DNA of 64,000 bases from an uncultured delta proteobacterium. GTDB lineage: Bacteria > Myxococcota > Myxococcia > Myxococcales > Myxococcaceae. Below the pieces are notes generated by a model, which was not told the origin of the DNA, ran no database searches, and saw only the letters and a list, made by a program, of their open reading frames with translations. The position numbers and the translations under genes were made by a program. Shown here one piece after another: positions 1-10,150 of this stretch (positions are counted from its first letter, which is position 1; every line of letters starts with the position of its first letter). The stretch covers positions 128,001 through 192,000 of the forward strand of contig CAVYSY010000057.1 in NCBI GenBank assembly GCA_963771175.1, given 5' to 3'.

Positions 1-2195
1 AGAGCCTCCGGGCCCGCGGCCTGGCCGCCCTCAGCGAGTACTTCCGCGCCCTCCTGCGCCGCGAGCCCATGGTCCTCTTCCTGGAGGACATCCACTGGGC
101 CGACGACAGCGCGCTCGACCTGCTGGAGCGCCTGCTCCAGACGCTCGCGCCGAAGCGGCTCCTCGTGCTCTGCACCGCGAGGCCCGAGCTCTTCGAGCGG
201 CGGCCGGAGTGGGACCTCGACCCCGCCCACGTCCGGCTCGAACTCCGGCCGCTCTCCCAGGAGGACAGCCACCGGCTCGTCGCGGAGCTCCTCCGGAAGG
301 TGGAGGCCATCCCCCCGGCCCTCCATGAGCTCGTGGTCTCCCGCGCCGAGGGCAATCCGTTCTACCTCGAGGAGCTCATCCAGATGCTCCTCGAGGAGGG
401 CGTCATCCTCGCGGACGGGGAGCGCTGGCGCGTCGAGCCGCGCCGGCTGACCTCCCTCAAGGTCCCCGCCACGTTGAGCGGCGTCCTCCAGTCCCGGCTG
501 GACGGCCTCCCCGCCCAAGAGCGCGAGGTCCTCCAGCGGGCCTCGGTGGTGGGACGCATCTTCTGGGACGAGGCCCTCGCGAGAATGGGGCCAGACGAGG
601 AGCCGCCCATCCCGCTCCACGCCGCCCTGGTCGCCCTCCAGGAGCGGGAGCTCATCTTCGAGCAGTCCAGCCCCGCCTTCGCCGGGACGCGCGAGTACAT
701 CTTCAAGCACGCCATCGTCCGCGAGGTGGCCTACGACACCGTGCTCAAGCGCGAGCGGCGCGCCTTCCATGGCCGCATCGCCGAGTGGCTGCTGGCACGC
801 GGTGGCGAGCGCTCCCGAGAGCACCTCGGGTTGATCGCCGACCACCTGGAGGCGTCCGGGCAGGCCGTGCGGGCCGCCGTCTACCTGCGGCGCGCGGGAG
901 AGGAGGCCCTGTCCCTCTTCGCCAACGCGGAGGCCCGCTCGTTCCTGGAGCGGGCCATGGCCCTGACTCCCGAGACGGACCTCCCCGAGCGCTACGCCAT
1001 CGTGGCGGCTCGCGAGAAGGTCCACGCCGTCCTGGGCGAGCGGCGGGCACAGCGGATGGACCTGGAGATGATGGAGGTGCTGGCCGAGCTGCTCGGCGAC
1101 GCGCGGCGACAGGCCGAGGCGGCCCTGCGCCGCGCCCTCTACGCCTCGGAAATCGGTGAGCTCGCCACGGGCGTGGAGGCGGTGCGCAAGGCCATCCAGC
1201 TGGCCCAGGAGACCGGAGATGTGGCCAGCGAGGCGCTCGGCCACCTGCGCTGGGGACGCATGCTGCGGCACCACCGGGGGGACTTCGAGAGCGCCCGGCT
1301 CCACTTCGAGCGCAGCCTGGCCCTCGCCGAGTCCGCGAGACTCGCCCACCTGGAGGTGGAGAACCTGCTCAGCCTGGGCGCCGTCATCCACGAGACCGGA
1401 GATCTGGCGACGAGCCTCTCCTACATCCAGCGGGTGCTCCCCTTCTGCCAGGCGATGGAGGATCGCTGGCTGGAGTTCTCCACCCTCCGGCACCTGGGGT
1501 ACGTGCTCAAGGGCCTGGGCGACTTCGTCGCGGCCAAAGCCGCCTTCGAGCAGACCCTCCAGTTCAGCCGCGTGATTGGCTACCGGTTCTGGGAGTGCAT
1601 CGACCGCTGCAACCTGGCGCTGCTCCACCACCACCTGGGGGATGCGCCCGCGGCGCTGGAGTTCGCCGAGCAGGCCCTGCGGATCAGCCAGGAGATCGGC
1701 AGCTCGCGGTACCAGGGCTATGCGTGGATGAGCAAGGGCCACGCCCTGGCCACCCTGCGGCGCTTCCCGGAAGCCCGCGAGGCGTACCAGCGGGCCCGGA
1801 GCATCCGGGTGGAGACGCGAATCCCTCACCAGGAGCTGGAGTCCATCGCGGGCCTGGCCTCCGTGGCGCTGGCCACCGGGGATGCGCAGGGGGCGCGTGG
1901 CCACGCCGAGGAGCTCCTCGCGTACCTGGAGCGGGGGGAGACGCTCAACGGCGCGGAGGAGCCCTTCTGGATTCGCCTGGTCTGTTTCCGGGTCCTCCAG
2001 GCCCAGCAGGACTCCCGCGCGAGGAAGTTCCTGAAGAAGACCCACTTCCAGCTCCAGGAATGGGCCGGGAGGATCCAGGACGCGGAGCTGCGGCGCTCGT
2101 TCCTCGGCATCGCCGCGCACCGGCAGCTCCTGGAGGAGTGGCGGCGCCTGGGCAAGGCCGAAGACTTGGACCGTCAGGGGGATGAAGTAGCGTAG
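1..2195 (+). CDS. AAA/STAND-type ATPase with C-terminal TPR repeats (5' end outside window; N-terminal kinase or cyclase domain likely)
   Basis: Walker B-like LFLEDIHWAD, GNPFYLEE, F-H-x-x-x-REVAY motif, then TPR-like helical repeats; the reading frame appears to run in from the window edge. Confidence 0.8.
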   Translation, partial: SLRARGLAALSEYFRALLRREPMVLFLEDIHWADDSALDLLERLLQTLAPKRLLVLCTARPELFERRPEWDLDPAHVRLELRPLSQEDSHRLVAELLRKVEAIPPALHELVVSRAEGNPFYLEELIQMLLEEGVILADGERWRVEPRRLTSLKVPATLSGVLQSRLDGLPAQEREVLQRASVVGRIFWDEALARMGPDEEPPIPLHAALVALQERELIFEQSSPAFAGTREYIFKHAIVREVAYDTVLKRERRAFHGRIAEWLLARGGERSREHLGLIADHLEASGQAVRAAVYLRRAGEEALSLFANAEARSFLERAMALTPETDLPERYAIVAAREKVHAVLGERRAQRMDLEMMEVLAELLGDARRQAEAALRRALYASEIGELATGVEAVRKAIQLAQETGDVASEALGHLRWGRMLRHHRGDFESARLHFERSLALAESARLAHLEVENLLSLGAVIHETGDLATSLSYIQRVLPFCQAMEDRWLEFSTLRHLGYVLKGLGDFVAAKAAFEQTLQFSRVIGYRFWECIDRCNLALLHHHLGDAPAALEFAEQALRISQEIGSSRYQGYAWMSKGHALATLRRFPEAREAYQRARSIRVETRIPHQELESIAGLASVALATGDAQGARGHAEELLAYLERGETLNGAEEPFWIRLVCFRVLQAQQDSRARKFLKKTHFQLQEWAGRIQDAELRRSFLGIAAHRQLLEEWRRLGKAEDLDRQGDEVA

Positions 2196-2219
2196 GTGGC
2201 CCTCACCGAGGAGAACACC

Positions 2220-2609
2220 ATGTCCAAGACCGCCTGGATGAAGTACCTGCTGCCCGCCCTGCTGCTCACCACCACCGCCCTCGCCGCCGGCACGGCCGAC
2301 GTGAAGGTCGGCACCGGCGTCGAGAAGTATGAAATCACCGGCGCCTCCGACTCCTTCACGGTCACCCCGAACACCCGCATCTACGCGGCCACCAAGCTCA
2401 GCGGCGTGGAGCCCGGCACCGTCACCGTCGTCTGGTCCAAGGACGGCAAGGAAGTCTCCAAGACGGAGCTGAAGGTGCCTCGCGCGACGTACCGCACCCA
2501 CGCCTACCGCACCTTCCGCGCGGGTGAGACCGGCTCCTGGACCGCGAAGGTCGTGGGCATGGATGGCGCCGAGCTGGGCTCCTCCAGCTTCCAGGTGCAG
2601 GTGCAGTAA
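2220..2609 (+). CDS. Secreted DUF2914-like small beta-sandwich protein
   Basis: Signal peptide ending ALA; YRTHAYRT...GSWTAKV pattern; GAGGAG upstream of the ATG. Confidence 0.65.
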   Translation: MSKTAWMKYLLPALLLTTTALAAGTADVKVGTGVEKYEITGASDSFTVTPNTRIYAATKLSGVEPGTVTVVWSKDGKEVSKTELKVPRATYRTHAYRTFRAGETGSWTAKVVGMDGAELGSSSFQVQVQ

Positions 2610-2705
2610 CGCGCCTCGGGAGCGGGTGCAGCGGAGCACGACCTCCGGTGCACCCATGACTCTCGGCGCTTCCCTCCGACAAGCCACTGGGGGAGGCTCC
2701 GGACC

Positions 2706-3398
2706 ATGCTTGGAACCTCCTCCATCGCGGTCATCGGTACGGGAAACATGGGGCGCGGGCTCGCGCGGGTGCTCGCCGCCGCAGGTCACACGGTGCTCCT
2801 CGGTTCGCGTGAGCCGGAGCGCGCCCATCAGCTCTCCACGGAGCTCGGAGCCGAGCACGTGCGGGGAATGAGCAACGTGGAGGCCGCCTCGCGCGCGTCC
2901 ATCGTCTTCCTCGCCTACCACTCCAACGACATGCTGGTGGAGGAGCTCGCCCCGGTCACCGAGGGCAAGGTGGTGGTGGACATCTCCACGTACCACGAGG
3001 AGCCTCCCCCCGACTTCAACCCGCTCACCCAGGTGCCCTCCGACTCACCCCAGGAGCGGACCGCCTCGCGGCTGCCCCGCGCACACGTGCTCGGCGCATT
3101 CCAGGTGACGTGGGCCCAGCTCTTCAGCGAGCCGCTGCTCGACGGACGCAAGACGCCTGTCTTCGTGGTCGGCGACCACGCGGAGGCGAAGGCGGCGCTC
3201 CTCGCGCTCATCCGCACGCTCCCCTTCGAGCCCGTGGATGCCGGAGGACTGCGACAGGCACGCGTCATCTCCGCCATGTACTTCCTCGTCACCCGCCTGG
3301 AGCGCCAGTACGGCTTCCCGGACCATGGCCATGACTGGCACACACTCGCTCGCTCGCTGAATGTGCTGCTCCCCCCCACGCTCGGGCTCCGCCCTTGA
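2706..3398 (+). CDS. NADPH-dependent F420 reductase family oxidoreductase
   Basis: IGTGNMG Rossmann motif, GSR, VVVDIS, PVDAGGL. Confidence 0.85.
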   Translation: MLGTSSIAVIGTGNMGRGLARVLAAAGHTVLLGSREPERAHQLSTELGAEHVRGMSNVEAASRASIVFLAYHSNDMLVEELAPVTEGKVVVDISTYHEEPPPDFNPLTQVPSDSPQERTASRLPRAHVLGAFQVTWAQLFSEPLLDGRKTPVFVVGDHAEAKAALLALIRTLPFEPVDAGGLRQARVISAMYFLVTRLERQYGFPDHGHDWHTLARSLNVLLPPTLGLRP

Positions 3399-3418
3399 GC
3401 GAGCCGCCGCGCTGAGCC

Positions 3419-4096
3419 TCACCAGGGCAGCGGCTTCAGCTCCGTGTCGAGGAACAACCCCGAGTGCTCGGGGCGCAACCGAGCGATGGCTTCCACCATG
3501 CGCTCGGCGGTGACCTCGTCCGACAGCGGAGCCTTGTCGCCGCCCATGGCCGTCCGCGTCCAGCCCGGGTGGAGGGACACGCAGATGACCCGAGGCTCCT
3601 GCGCGGCCTGCCAGAGCGTCAGCGCGTTGAGGGCGGCCTTGCTCATGGCGTACTCGGGCTTGCCACTCACCCGGAACGCGGACAGCGAGCCCGAGTCCGA
3701 GCTCACGTTCACCACCACGCGAGGCTCCTCGGCGGCGCGCACCCGCTCGATGAAGGTGTCATAGACACGCATCGGCCCCATGGCGTTGACGTCCAGGATG
3801 CGCGCGGCCCGCTCCAGGTCCATGCCCGGCGCCCGCTGAGGCCCGCCATTGAGCGCGGCGTTGTTGACGAGCACATGGATGGGCCCCGCCGGACACCTCG
3901 CCGCCGCGGCCCTCACCGACTCCGTCGAGCCCACGTCCATCTTCACCACGTGCAGCCGGGGCGAGGCGTACGCACGCAGCCCCTCCGCCCCTTCCGGCTC
4001 CCTCACCGCGGCCACCACCTCGTCGCCGCGAGCGAGGTACTTCATGACGAGCTTCAGGCCGATGCCCCGCGAGGCACCGGTGACGAGCACACGCAT
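3419..4096 (-). CDS. Short-chain dehydrogenase/reductase (CsgA/C-factor-like subfamily)
   Basis: TGASRGIG, NNA, YAMSK, LHPGWTRTAMGG, C-terminal LPW. Confidence 0.85.
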   Translation of the reverse strand: MRVLVTGASRGIGLKLVMKYLARGDEVVAAVREPEGAEGLRAYASPRLHVVKMDVGSTESVRAAAARCPAGPIHVLVNNAALNGGPQRAPGMDLERAARILDVNAMGPMRVYDTFIERVRAAEEPRVVVNVSSDSGSLSAFRVSGKPEYAMSKAALNALTLWQAAQEPRVICVSLHPGWTRTAMGGDKAPLSDEVTAERMVEAIARLRPEHSGLFLDTELKPLPW

Positions 4097-4180
4097 GGAC
4101 GCCTCCGTGGGCCTCATGGCCACGACTGCACTCTAGCGGGGACGGGCTATGCTCGCCCCCCCACAGGAGGGGATGACAGG

Positions 4181-4921
4181 ATGCACGAGGCAGAGCCGAC
4201 AACGCCCAACACGGGCCGGATGTTCGATTACTGGCTGGGAGGCAAGCACTACTACCCCGTCGACGTGACGGCGGCGAAGGCATTCGAGGCCGTCTTCGAT
4301 GACTTCCCCCGCGTGTTCCGCGCGCTCCGCGACTTCATCGGGCGGTCCTCGCGGTTCATCCAGTCCCAGGGGGTGGAGCAGTTCCTCGTCCTGGGCTCCG
4401 GCCTGCCCACGCAGGGCAACGTCCACGAGACGGTGCCCGGGGCCCGCGTGCTGTACACGGACATCGATTCCTCCAACGTCGAGCTGGGCCAGCGCATCCT
4501 CGCCGACGTGCCGGGCACGGGCTACGCCTACTGCGACGCCACGGACCTGTCGACACTCGACCTGGGCGTCGTGAGAAAGGTGCTCGGGCCCATCCGCCGG
4601 CTGGGCATCATCGTCGTGGGCGTCGAGGCGTTCATGACGGACGAGCAGATCCGCGCCACGTTCCAGAGGCTCTACGACTTCGCGCCTCCAGGGAGCTATC
4701 TGGCGTTCGACTGCGACAGCCCCAAGGCCCTGGACCATCCCGAATTGGTGAAGATGATGGGCCCTGCCTTCCACATGCGCACCCCGGAGCAGCTCGCGGC
4801 GGTGCTCGGACCGTGGCAGCTCACCGAGGACGGCATCCAGCCCGTCTCGACCTGGCGCAACCCGGGGAAGCCGGCCGACATCCCCCCGTACATGAATGGC
4901 GGCGTGGCGACGAAGCCGTGA
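4181..4921 (+). CDS. SAM-dependent methyltransferase (actinobacterial-type Methyltransf_19 family)
   Basis: RMFDYWLGGK, QFLVLGSGLPT.GNVHE, RVLYTD motifs. Confidence 0.8.
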   Translation: MHEAEPTTPNTGRMFDYWLGGKHYYPVDVTAAKAFEAVFDDFPRVFRALRDFIGRSSRFIQSQGVEQFLVLGSGLPTQGNVHETVPGARVLYTDIDSSNVELGQRILADVPGTGYAYCDATDLSTLDLGVVRKVLGPIRRLGIIVVGVEAFMTDEQIRATFQRLYDFAPPGSYLAFDCDSPKALDHPELVKMMGPAFHMRTPEQLAAVLGPWQLTEDGIQPVSTWRNPGKPADIPPYMNGGVATKP

Positions 4922-4981
4922 GGAACGCCCCGAGGCCGGAGACCGCTGAGACTCCGCGGCTTCCGGCCTCCGTGGGCTCGC

Positions 4982-5137
4982 TCACTCCTGCTCCTTTCGG
5001 AGGACCTCGGCCGGCAGGTTGCGGCGGAGCGGCGCCAGGAGGACCGCCACGAAGGCCGCCACGGGCACGGGCAGCATCACGAGGCCGAGGATGAAGAGGA
5101 ACCGCATGACACGGAGGGACAAGCGCAGACTGCTCAT
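4982..5137 (-). CDS. Small (51 aa) single-TM hypothetical protein
   Basis: Hydrophobic core FLFILGLVMLPVPVAAFVAVLL with a charged tail. Confidence 0.45.
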   Translation of the reverse strand: MSSLRLSLRVMRFLFILGLVMLPVPVAAFVAVLLAPLRRNLPAEVLRKEQE

Positions 5138-5233
5138 GATGGCGCGCGCGCAGGCGCACCTTGCTCTGGCAAGAAGGGACACGGCGTACTCCTCGAGCTG
5201 AAAGACATTCCAGGACCCAGGCCCCGGAATGGC

Positions 5234-5539
5234 TCAGCGGAGGAGCGCTCGATGCGCGAGGAAGAGGCGACGCGGTGGACCCGGGAGGCGCACCTCGGGG
5301 ACACGGCCCGCGAGCGGAGCACGCGCGTGGACCCGTGCGCTCCCCACCTCCACCCGCCCGCTGCCGCGCACGGACGCGACGGCCTCCGCGCGTTGACCCG
5401 CCGGAGCACGACGCTCGAGGACCGACACCACGGTATCGGCTTCCGGTAGCGCCTGGGCCGGAGTGCCGCCCAGGGCGAGCGTGACGCACGCCAGCACCAG
5501 CTTCAACCAGCGGATGATGGGGGGCGGGTGTCCGGACAT
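5234..5539 (-). CDS. Small hypothetical protein with signal-like N-terminus
   Basis: LVLACVTLALGGTPAQA leader; Arg-rich C-terminus RRLFLAHRALLR. Confidence 0.45.
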   Translation of the reverse strand: MSGHPPPIIRWLKLVLACVTLALGGTPAQALPEADTVVSVLERRAPAGQRAEAVASVRGSGRVEVGSARVHARAPLAGRVPEVRLPGPPRRLFLAHRALLR

Positions 5540-5691
5540 GCGACTTCAATCTAGCCAGGGAGGTGCGTCTGTCAAAGCCGCCGGGAATGACTCAGCACGT
5601 CCGACCAGCTCCGCCGTCCCGAAATGTCGAGGCCGGAAACCGCTGAGTCCTCAGCAGCTTCCGGCCCCTGACTCCGTGTCGCGCCGTCAGC

Positions 5692-8600
5692 CTAGTTCAT
5701 CTTCGGGTCGCAGCCACAGGTGCTCATGTTGCAGGCCGTGTTGGCCGGGCAGGTGCCGCCACAGTTCTCCTTGCAAACACAGGCACAGGCGTTGGGGTCG
5801 GCCTGGTAGGCGGCGCCACAGTGGAGCGCTGCCGTGTCACAGACGCAACCGCAGGCGCTCGGGTCGAACTTGAAGCCCGGGGCACAGGTGGCGCTCGCCA
5901 CGCACTGGCAGCTACACGTATTCATGTTGCACGCCTGGAAGCTGCCGCACGTGCCGCCGCAGTCCGACGCGCAGGTGAAGGCGCACACGTCCTTGCTGGT
6001 GTTGCACACCTGGCCGGGTGCACCACCGCCGCCGCAGTCCGACGGGCACTCGCACCGGCTCGTCTGCCGGTTGCAGGTGAGTTTGCCCTTGCAGAAGTCC
6101 GGGTCGCTCGCGTCGTAGTAGCCCGTGTCCGTCGAGCAGGGCGGCGGGTTGCCGTCCCGGTTGGACGTGCGGTCCACCCAGTAGCGGTAGGAGATGGCCG
6201 CCTTCGTCGTCCCCGCCGAGACCGGACGGCACGCGCCGTAGAAGGACAGCGTCCGGTTCACCCCGTCCACGTCGAAGCCGTTCGTCTGGCTGCGCGGCAG
6301 GTCGCTCGCCGAGCACTTCGTGGCGTCCTGCACGCCCTCCAGCGCCACCCGCACCGAGGCACCGATGGGCGGCTTGAGGGTGCGATAGCCCGTGGAGGCA
6401 ATCACGCTGTCCACGATGGCGTTGATGGTGTTCTGGATGGACTGGGGGCTGCTGATGCTGCCCACCACGCCCCCGGTGGCCTGGATGACGTCCAGGTGCC
6501 GAGGGTCCTTGTTGTCCTCCTCCTCGTGACAGCGGCCACCGTTCGGGTCGCAGATGATGCCGTGCACCTGGATGAGCTGCTTCGCCGGGTTGCCGGTCTT
6601 GAAGTAGTTCACATACCAGTCCACCGGAGGCGTGTCGGGCTGGTCACGCACGTCCGTGAGGACGATGACGACCAGCTTCGCGCCCGAGCGGAGACGCTGG
6701 GCCGTGGGCGTGCTGGCATTGGTCATGTAGTCCACCGCCACCTTCGCGGACTCGAGCGAGCGCTCCTCGCTGGAGCCGTTGATGTTCACCCAGCAGCCCT
6801 GGGTGGGGTCGGGGCACGGCGCGCTCTGCTGCAGCCAGGCCTTGAATTGGTTGAGGTCCTTGGTGAAGCCCCGGAACCTGTCGCCGTTCTCGGCCCAGCT
6901 CTGGGTGTAGGACGTGGTCACCATGGCGATGCGCCAGTCGAGCGACGCCTTGCCCAGTCGCGCGGCCATGGTCGTCGCCGCGCTGCCCAGCGCGCTCTGC
7001 GAGATGGCCATGGAGCCGCTGTCGTCCACCACGAAGAGGAAGTCGGCCATGCCGGAGCCCGCGGTGAAGGTCTCGCACTGCACCGCGTCCGCGTCACCGA
7101 ACTGCGCCAGCGCGGTGCCGCCCGCGGCATCCGCCGTCGTGAAGCGGGCCGCCTTCACTCCCGGGGCCTCGTCGTAGAGGGCCTTCGGCGTGATGGCCAG
7201 CACCACCAGCACGCTCGCGTCGGAGCGGTGGACGTACTGCGCTTGAATCTTGAACGGCCCGCTCACCCCCGCGCCGCCCGAGAGCACTCCGGCCCCCGCC
7301 CCCACCAGCGCGTTGGCCAGGGTGTTGGTGTAGTCGCGCAGGTTGGTGGTGGCGCCCAGGTTGTAATAGGCCTGCACCGCCGGGAAGCCATCCCAGGTGG
7401 TGAAGGTCTGCGTGGTCTCCACCGTCGCCCCGTTGAGCTGCGCGCGGATGCCGAGCTCGTCCCCCGTCGCCGTGGACGAGGTGCCCACCCGCCCGCGCTT
7501 GTAGGCGATGAAGGTCACCTTGTACTCGTCGTCGTAGCCCACGTAGCCGCGGCTCTTCCCGCTCAGCACGAGTTGCCGCACCTCCTGGAAGGAGGGCCGC
7601 AGCGCCAGCCGGACGTCCGCGCCACCGTCTTCCTTGAACGACACCTGCCGCAGGTTCTGCGCGGCGCAGGCCTGGCCAGGCGGGGTGTTGCTGGCGCCAT
7701 CGTTGCCATCGCGCGGGTCGAGCTCGCCCGGGTCCTTCCTGCCGTTCTGGTTCGAGTCCTCGGCGCCGTCGGCGATGCCGTCGTTGTCGTGGTCGTTGTC
7801 CAGCGCATCCGTGGTGGTGCCGGGGTCCGCGTCGCCGACGTAGCCGCACGATGCGATGGGCGCAGCGCTCGTGGGAATGCCCCGCTCCACGCCGTCCAGC
7901 AGGCCGTCGCCGTCCGTGTCGCGGTTGGCCGGATCCGTCTCGCCCGTGTCACGCACGCTGTTGGCGTTCAGGTCCTCGCCCTTGGAGGTGCCCTGGTCCG
8001 GGCCATCGAGCAGGCCGTCACAGTCCGAGTCCCGCGAGCGAGGGTCCGTCTCGCCGGAGCTCACCACGCCGTTGCGGTCGCGGTCCTCCACGCCGTCGCG
8101 CAGCCCGTCCCCGTCCGTGTCCGGGTTGCGCCAGTCCGTCTCGGTCGTGTCCTTCGTCCCGTTGCGGTTGGTGTCCTCGATGTGGTCCGGCACGCCATCG
8201 CCGTCCGTGTCCGTGAAGGTGCCCGTGCCGCAGTCGGAGCCGTTCTTCGGATCGCTCTCGCCCGGGTCCTTCACGCCGTTGCCATTGATGTCCTCGGCGC
8301 CATCCCGGCAGGAGTCCCCATCCATGTCGGCGTTGCGCGGATCCGTCCGGGTGACGTTCAGCTCGATGGCGTCCGAGAGGCCATCGCCATCCGAGTCCCG
8401 CTTGCGCGGGTCCGTCTCGCCCAGGTCCACGGCACCGTTCTTGTTCGGGTCCTCCGCGCCATCCGTCAGGCCGTCGCCGTCCGTGTCGCGGTTGGCAGGG
8501 TCCGTCTCGCCCGGGTCCATCTTTCCGTTGCGGTTGAGATCCTCCGCCCCATCCATCAGGCCATCACCGTCCGTGTCCGGGTTGCCCGGGTTCGTCCGGC

Positions 8601-9021
8601 TCGCCGGGTCCGAGTCCCCGCTGAAGCGGCAGTCCGAGCTCGTGTTGACAGTGGTGGTGCGGCCCACCTCGAGCCCATCTCGCAGTCCGTCCCCGTCCGT
8701 GTCCCGCCGGCCCGGGTCCGTCTTCAGGTTGCCCGGATAGAGGTTGCCCCACTCCTCCGCGTCCGTCAGACCGTCACAGTCGGAGTCGATCTTCCCGTTG
8801 GAGGGATTTCTCGGGCCCGGCACCGGGACGGGACCGGGATCCGGCGTGGGGCCCGGATCCGGCGTGGGATCCGGGTCTGGCGTGGTGCCTGGCTCCTGCG
8901 GGGTAACCGGCCCCTGGCTCGAACCGTCGCCGGGCAAGGGCGCCGCGATATCAGGACCACAACCTGAGAAAAGCGCGGCCACGAGAAGCGCGGCCGCGAG
9001 GAATCGGGATTGAACTCTCAT
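5692..9021 (-). CDS. cglD: Adventurous gliding motility lipoprotein CglD (Ca-binding TSP3-like repeats, vWA domain, Cys-rich C-terminus)
   Basis: Lipobox LFSGC, many DxDxDG repeats, vWA MIDAS VDDSGS, Cys-rich tail, 1109 aa; neighbours PilZ gene and sbcCD as recalled for Myxococcus. Confidence 0.85.
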   Translation of the reverse strand: MRVQSRFLAAALLVAALFSGCGPDIAAPLPGDGSSQGPVTPQEPGTTPDPDPTPDPGPTPDPGPVPVPGPRNPSNGKIDSDCDGLTDAEEWGNLYPGNLKTDPGRRDTDGDGLRDGLEVGRTTTVNTSSDCRFSGDSDPASRTNPGNPDTDGDGLMDGAEDLNRNGKMDPGETDPANRDTDGDGLTDGAEDPNKNGAVDLGETDPRKRDSDGDGLSDAIELNVTRTDPRNADMDGDSCRDGAEDINGNGVKDPGESDPKNGSDCGTGTFTDTDGDGVPDHIEDTNRNGTKDTTETDWRNPDTDGDGLRDGVEDRDRNGVVSSGETDPRSRDSDCDGLLDGPDQGTSKGEDLNANSVRDTGETDPANRDTDGDGLLDGVERGIPTSAAPIASCGYVGDADPGTTTDALDNDHDNDGIADGAEDSNQNGRKDPGELDPRDGNDGASNTPPGQACAAQNLRQVSFKEDGGADVRLALRPSFQEVRQLVLSGKSRGYVGYDDEYKVTFIAYKRGRVGTSSTATGDELGIRAQLNGATVETTQTFTTWDGFPAVQAYYNLGATTNLRDYTNTLANALVGAGAGVLSGGAGVSGPFKIQAQYVHRSDASVLVVLAITPKALYDEAPGVKAARFTTADAAGGTALAQFGDADAVQCETFTAGSGMADFLFVVDDSGSMAISQSALGSAATTMAARLGKASLDWRIAMVTTSYTQSWAENGDRFRGFTKDLNQFKAWLQQSAPCPDPTQGCWVNINGSSEERSLESAKVAVDYMTNASTPTAQRLRSGAKLVVIVLTDVRDQPDTPPVDWYVNYFKTGNPAKQLIQVHGIICDPNGGRCHEEEDNKDPRHLDVIQATGGVVGSISSPQSIQNTINAIVDSVIASTGYRTLKPPIGASVRVALEGVQDATKCSASDLPRSQTNGFDVDGVNRTLSFYGACRPVSAGTTKAAISYRYWVDRTSNRDGNPPPCSTDTGYYDASDPDFCKGKLTCNRQTSRCECPSDCGGGGAPGQVCNTSKDVCAFTCASDCGGTCGSFQACNMNTCSCQCVASATCAPGFKFDPSACGCVCDTAALHCGAAYQADPNACACVCKENCGGTCPANTACNMSTCGCDPKMN

Positions 9022-9222
9022 GGCGATTCAGCGCTCGCGGTAGGGGGAACTGGGGACAATCCGGCCGAAGCTAGGAACGAGGCCCCCCATCGCCCAGGTG
9101 GGTCTCCAGGCGCCTTCCTCCGCTCCGCCCTCCTCCGGACAGAGAGCGTCCAGACCGTCCTACCCCTTGTGCTTGCCTGCTCTCGGGGCGTTCGGTAGCG
9201 GTAAATGCACGATGAATGACCC

Positions 9223-10146
9223 ATGCATGGGCGGGCTCGGCTAACCTCCCCCGACGTGCCAGTGTTCGGTCTCGCGGCGTTGTGGAATGGCTCGGCCCGT
9301 GCGGAACGGGTGCGAGAGTTGGTGGAGGGGTTGGGGGCCATGCTGCCCCCGCCGAAGCCACCTGGCCTCGTTGTGTCCTTGCGCGAAGCGGAAGCCACCC
9401 TGGAGCTGAAGGTGGAGGTGGCCAACTACCCCCGCGCCGCGCTGGAGAGCCTGTCGGAGCAGGTGAAGGAGAGCGGCGGCACCCTGGTGGAGCTGTGGCG
9501 CCTGCCCAAGGCCACGCGGGACACGTTCCGCGCCGACGCGCTCACCGGACCGGACGCCCACACCGTGGAGGACTACGAGACCGCGGCCCTCGTGCTGCAC
9601 GGACACCTGCAGCAGCTCGCCGTGCGCGAGCCCATTCCGGACGGGCCACCGCCGGGGCCCTCCTCGGTGCCGATCGAAATCCCGGTCCAGTCCGCCCCGG
9701 CCCGGTCCCCTCGGCCCGAAGCCGCCGAGGAGCCCGCCCCGGCCGAGGGACCCTCCACCGACAAGTTCGCCCTTCCCGACGCGGACACCGAGACCACCCA
9801 GCTCCCCTACCAGACCTTCGACACGGATCGCCGGGGGCGCCGCTTCGCGGTGAAGCTGGAGATGGAGTTCCGCACGGAGCTGGAATTCGTGCGCGAGCAC
9901 GCGACGAACATCTCCAACGGGGGCCTCTTCGTGCGCACGGCGCACCGCCCGCCCGTGGACAGCGTGGTGACGGTCGCCGTGAAGCTGCCCAACGGCGAGC
10001 GCCTGCAGGGCGACGCGCTGGTGGTGCACGTGGTGGACGACCCCTACAAGGGGGGCGTGGGGCTCGCCTTCATCAACGACGACCCCACCTTCTCCGAGAC
10101 GCTCGACCACTACCTGGCGAGCCTGGTCAGCACCCCGGCGAGCTGA
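9223..10146 (+). CDS. TIGR02266-family PilZ domain protein
   Basis: C-terminal RRGRRF...ATNISNGGLFVRT PilZ signature. Confidence 0.85.
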   Translation: MHGRARLTSPDVPVFGLAALWNGSARAERVRELVEGLGAMLPPPKPPGLVVSLREAEATLELKVEVANYPRAALESLSEQVKESGGTLVELWRLPKATRDTFRADALTGPDAHTVEDYETAALVLHGHLQQLAVREPIPDGPPPGPSSVPIEIPVQSAPARSPRPEAAEEPAPAEGPSTDKFALPDADTETTQLPYQTFDTDRRGRRFAVKLEMEFRTELEFVREHATNISNGGLFVRTAHRPPVDSVVTVAVKLPNGERLQGDALVVHVVDDPYKGGVGLAFINDDPTFSETLDHYLASLVSTPAS

Positions 10147-10150
10147 CGCC

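Noticed and set aside
3419..4096. Assignment as csgA itself
   Set aside because: Subfamily motifs match, but myxobacteria have several paralogues and I cannot establish orthology from this context
8820..8885. Short tandem DNA repeats (also 23190-23255)
   Set aside because: They encode Pro-rich linkers (PDPGPT, PAEAP) of lipoproteins
5821..8967. Long antisense ORFs (also 23071-25644, 34990-37830, 27163-29139 and others)
   Set aside because: Shadow frames of real genes in high-GC DNA with no recognisable motifs
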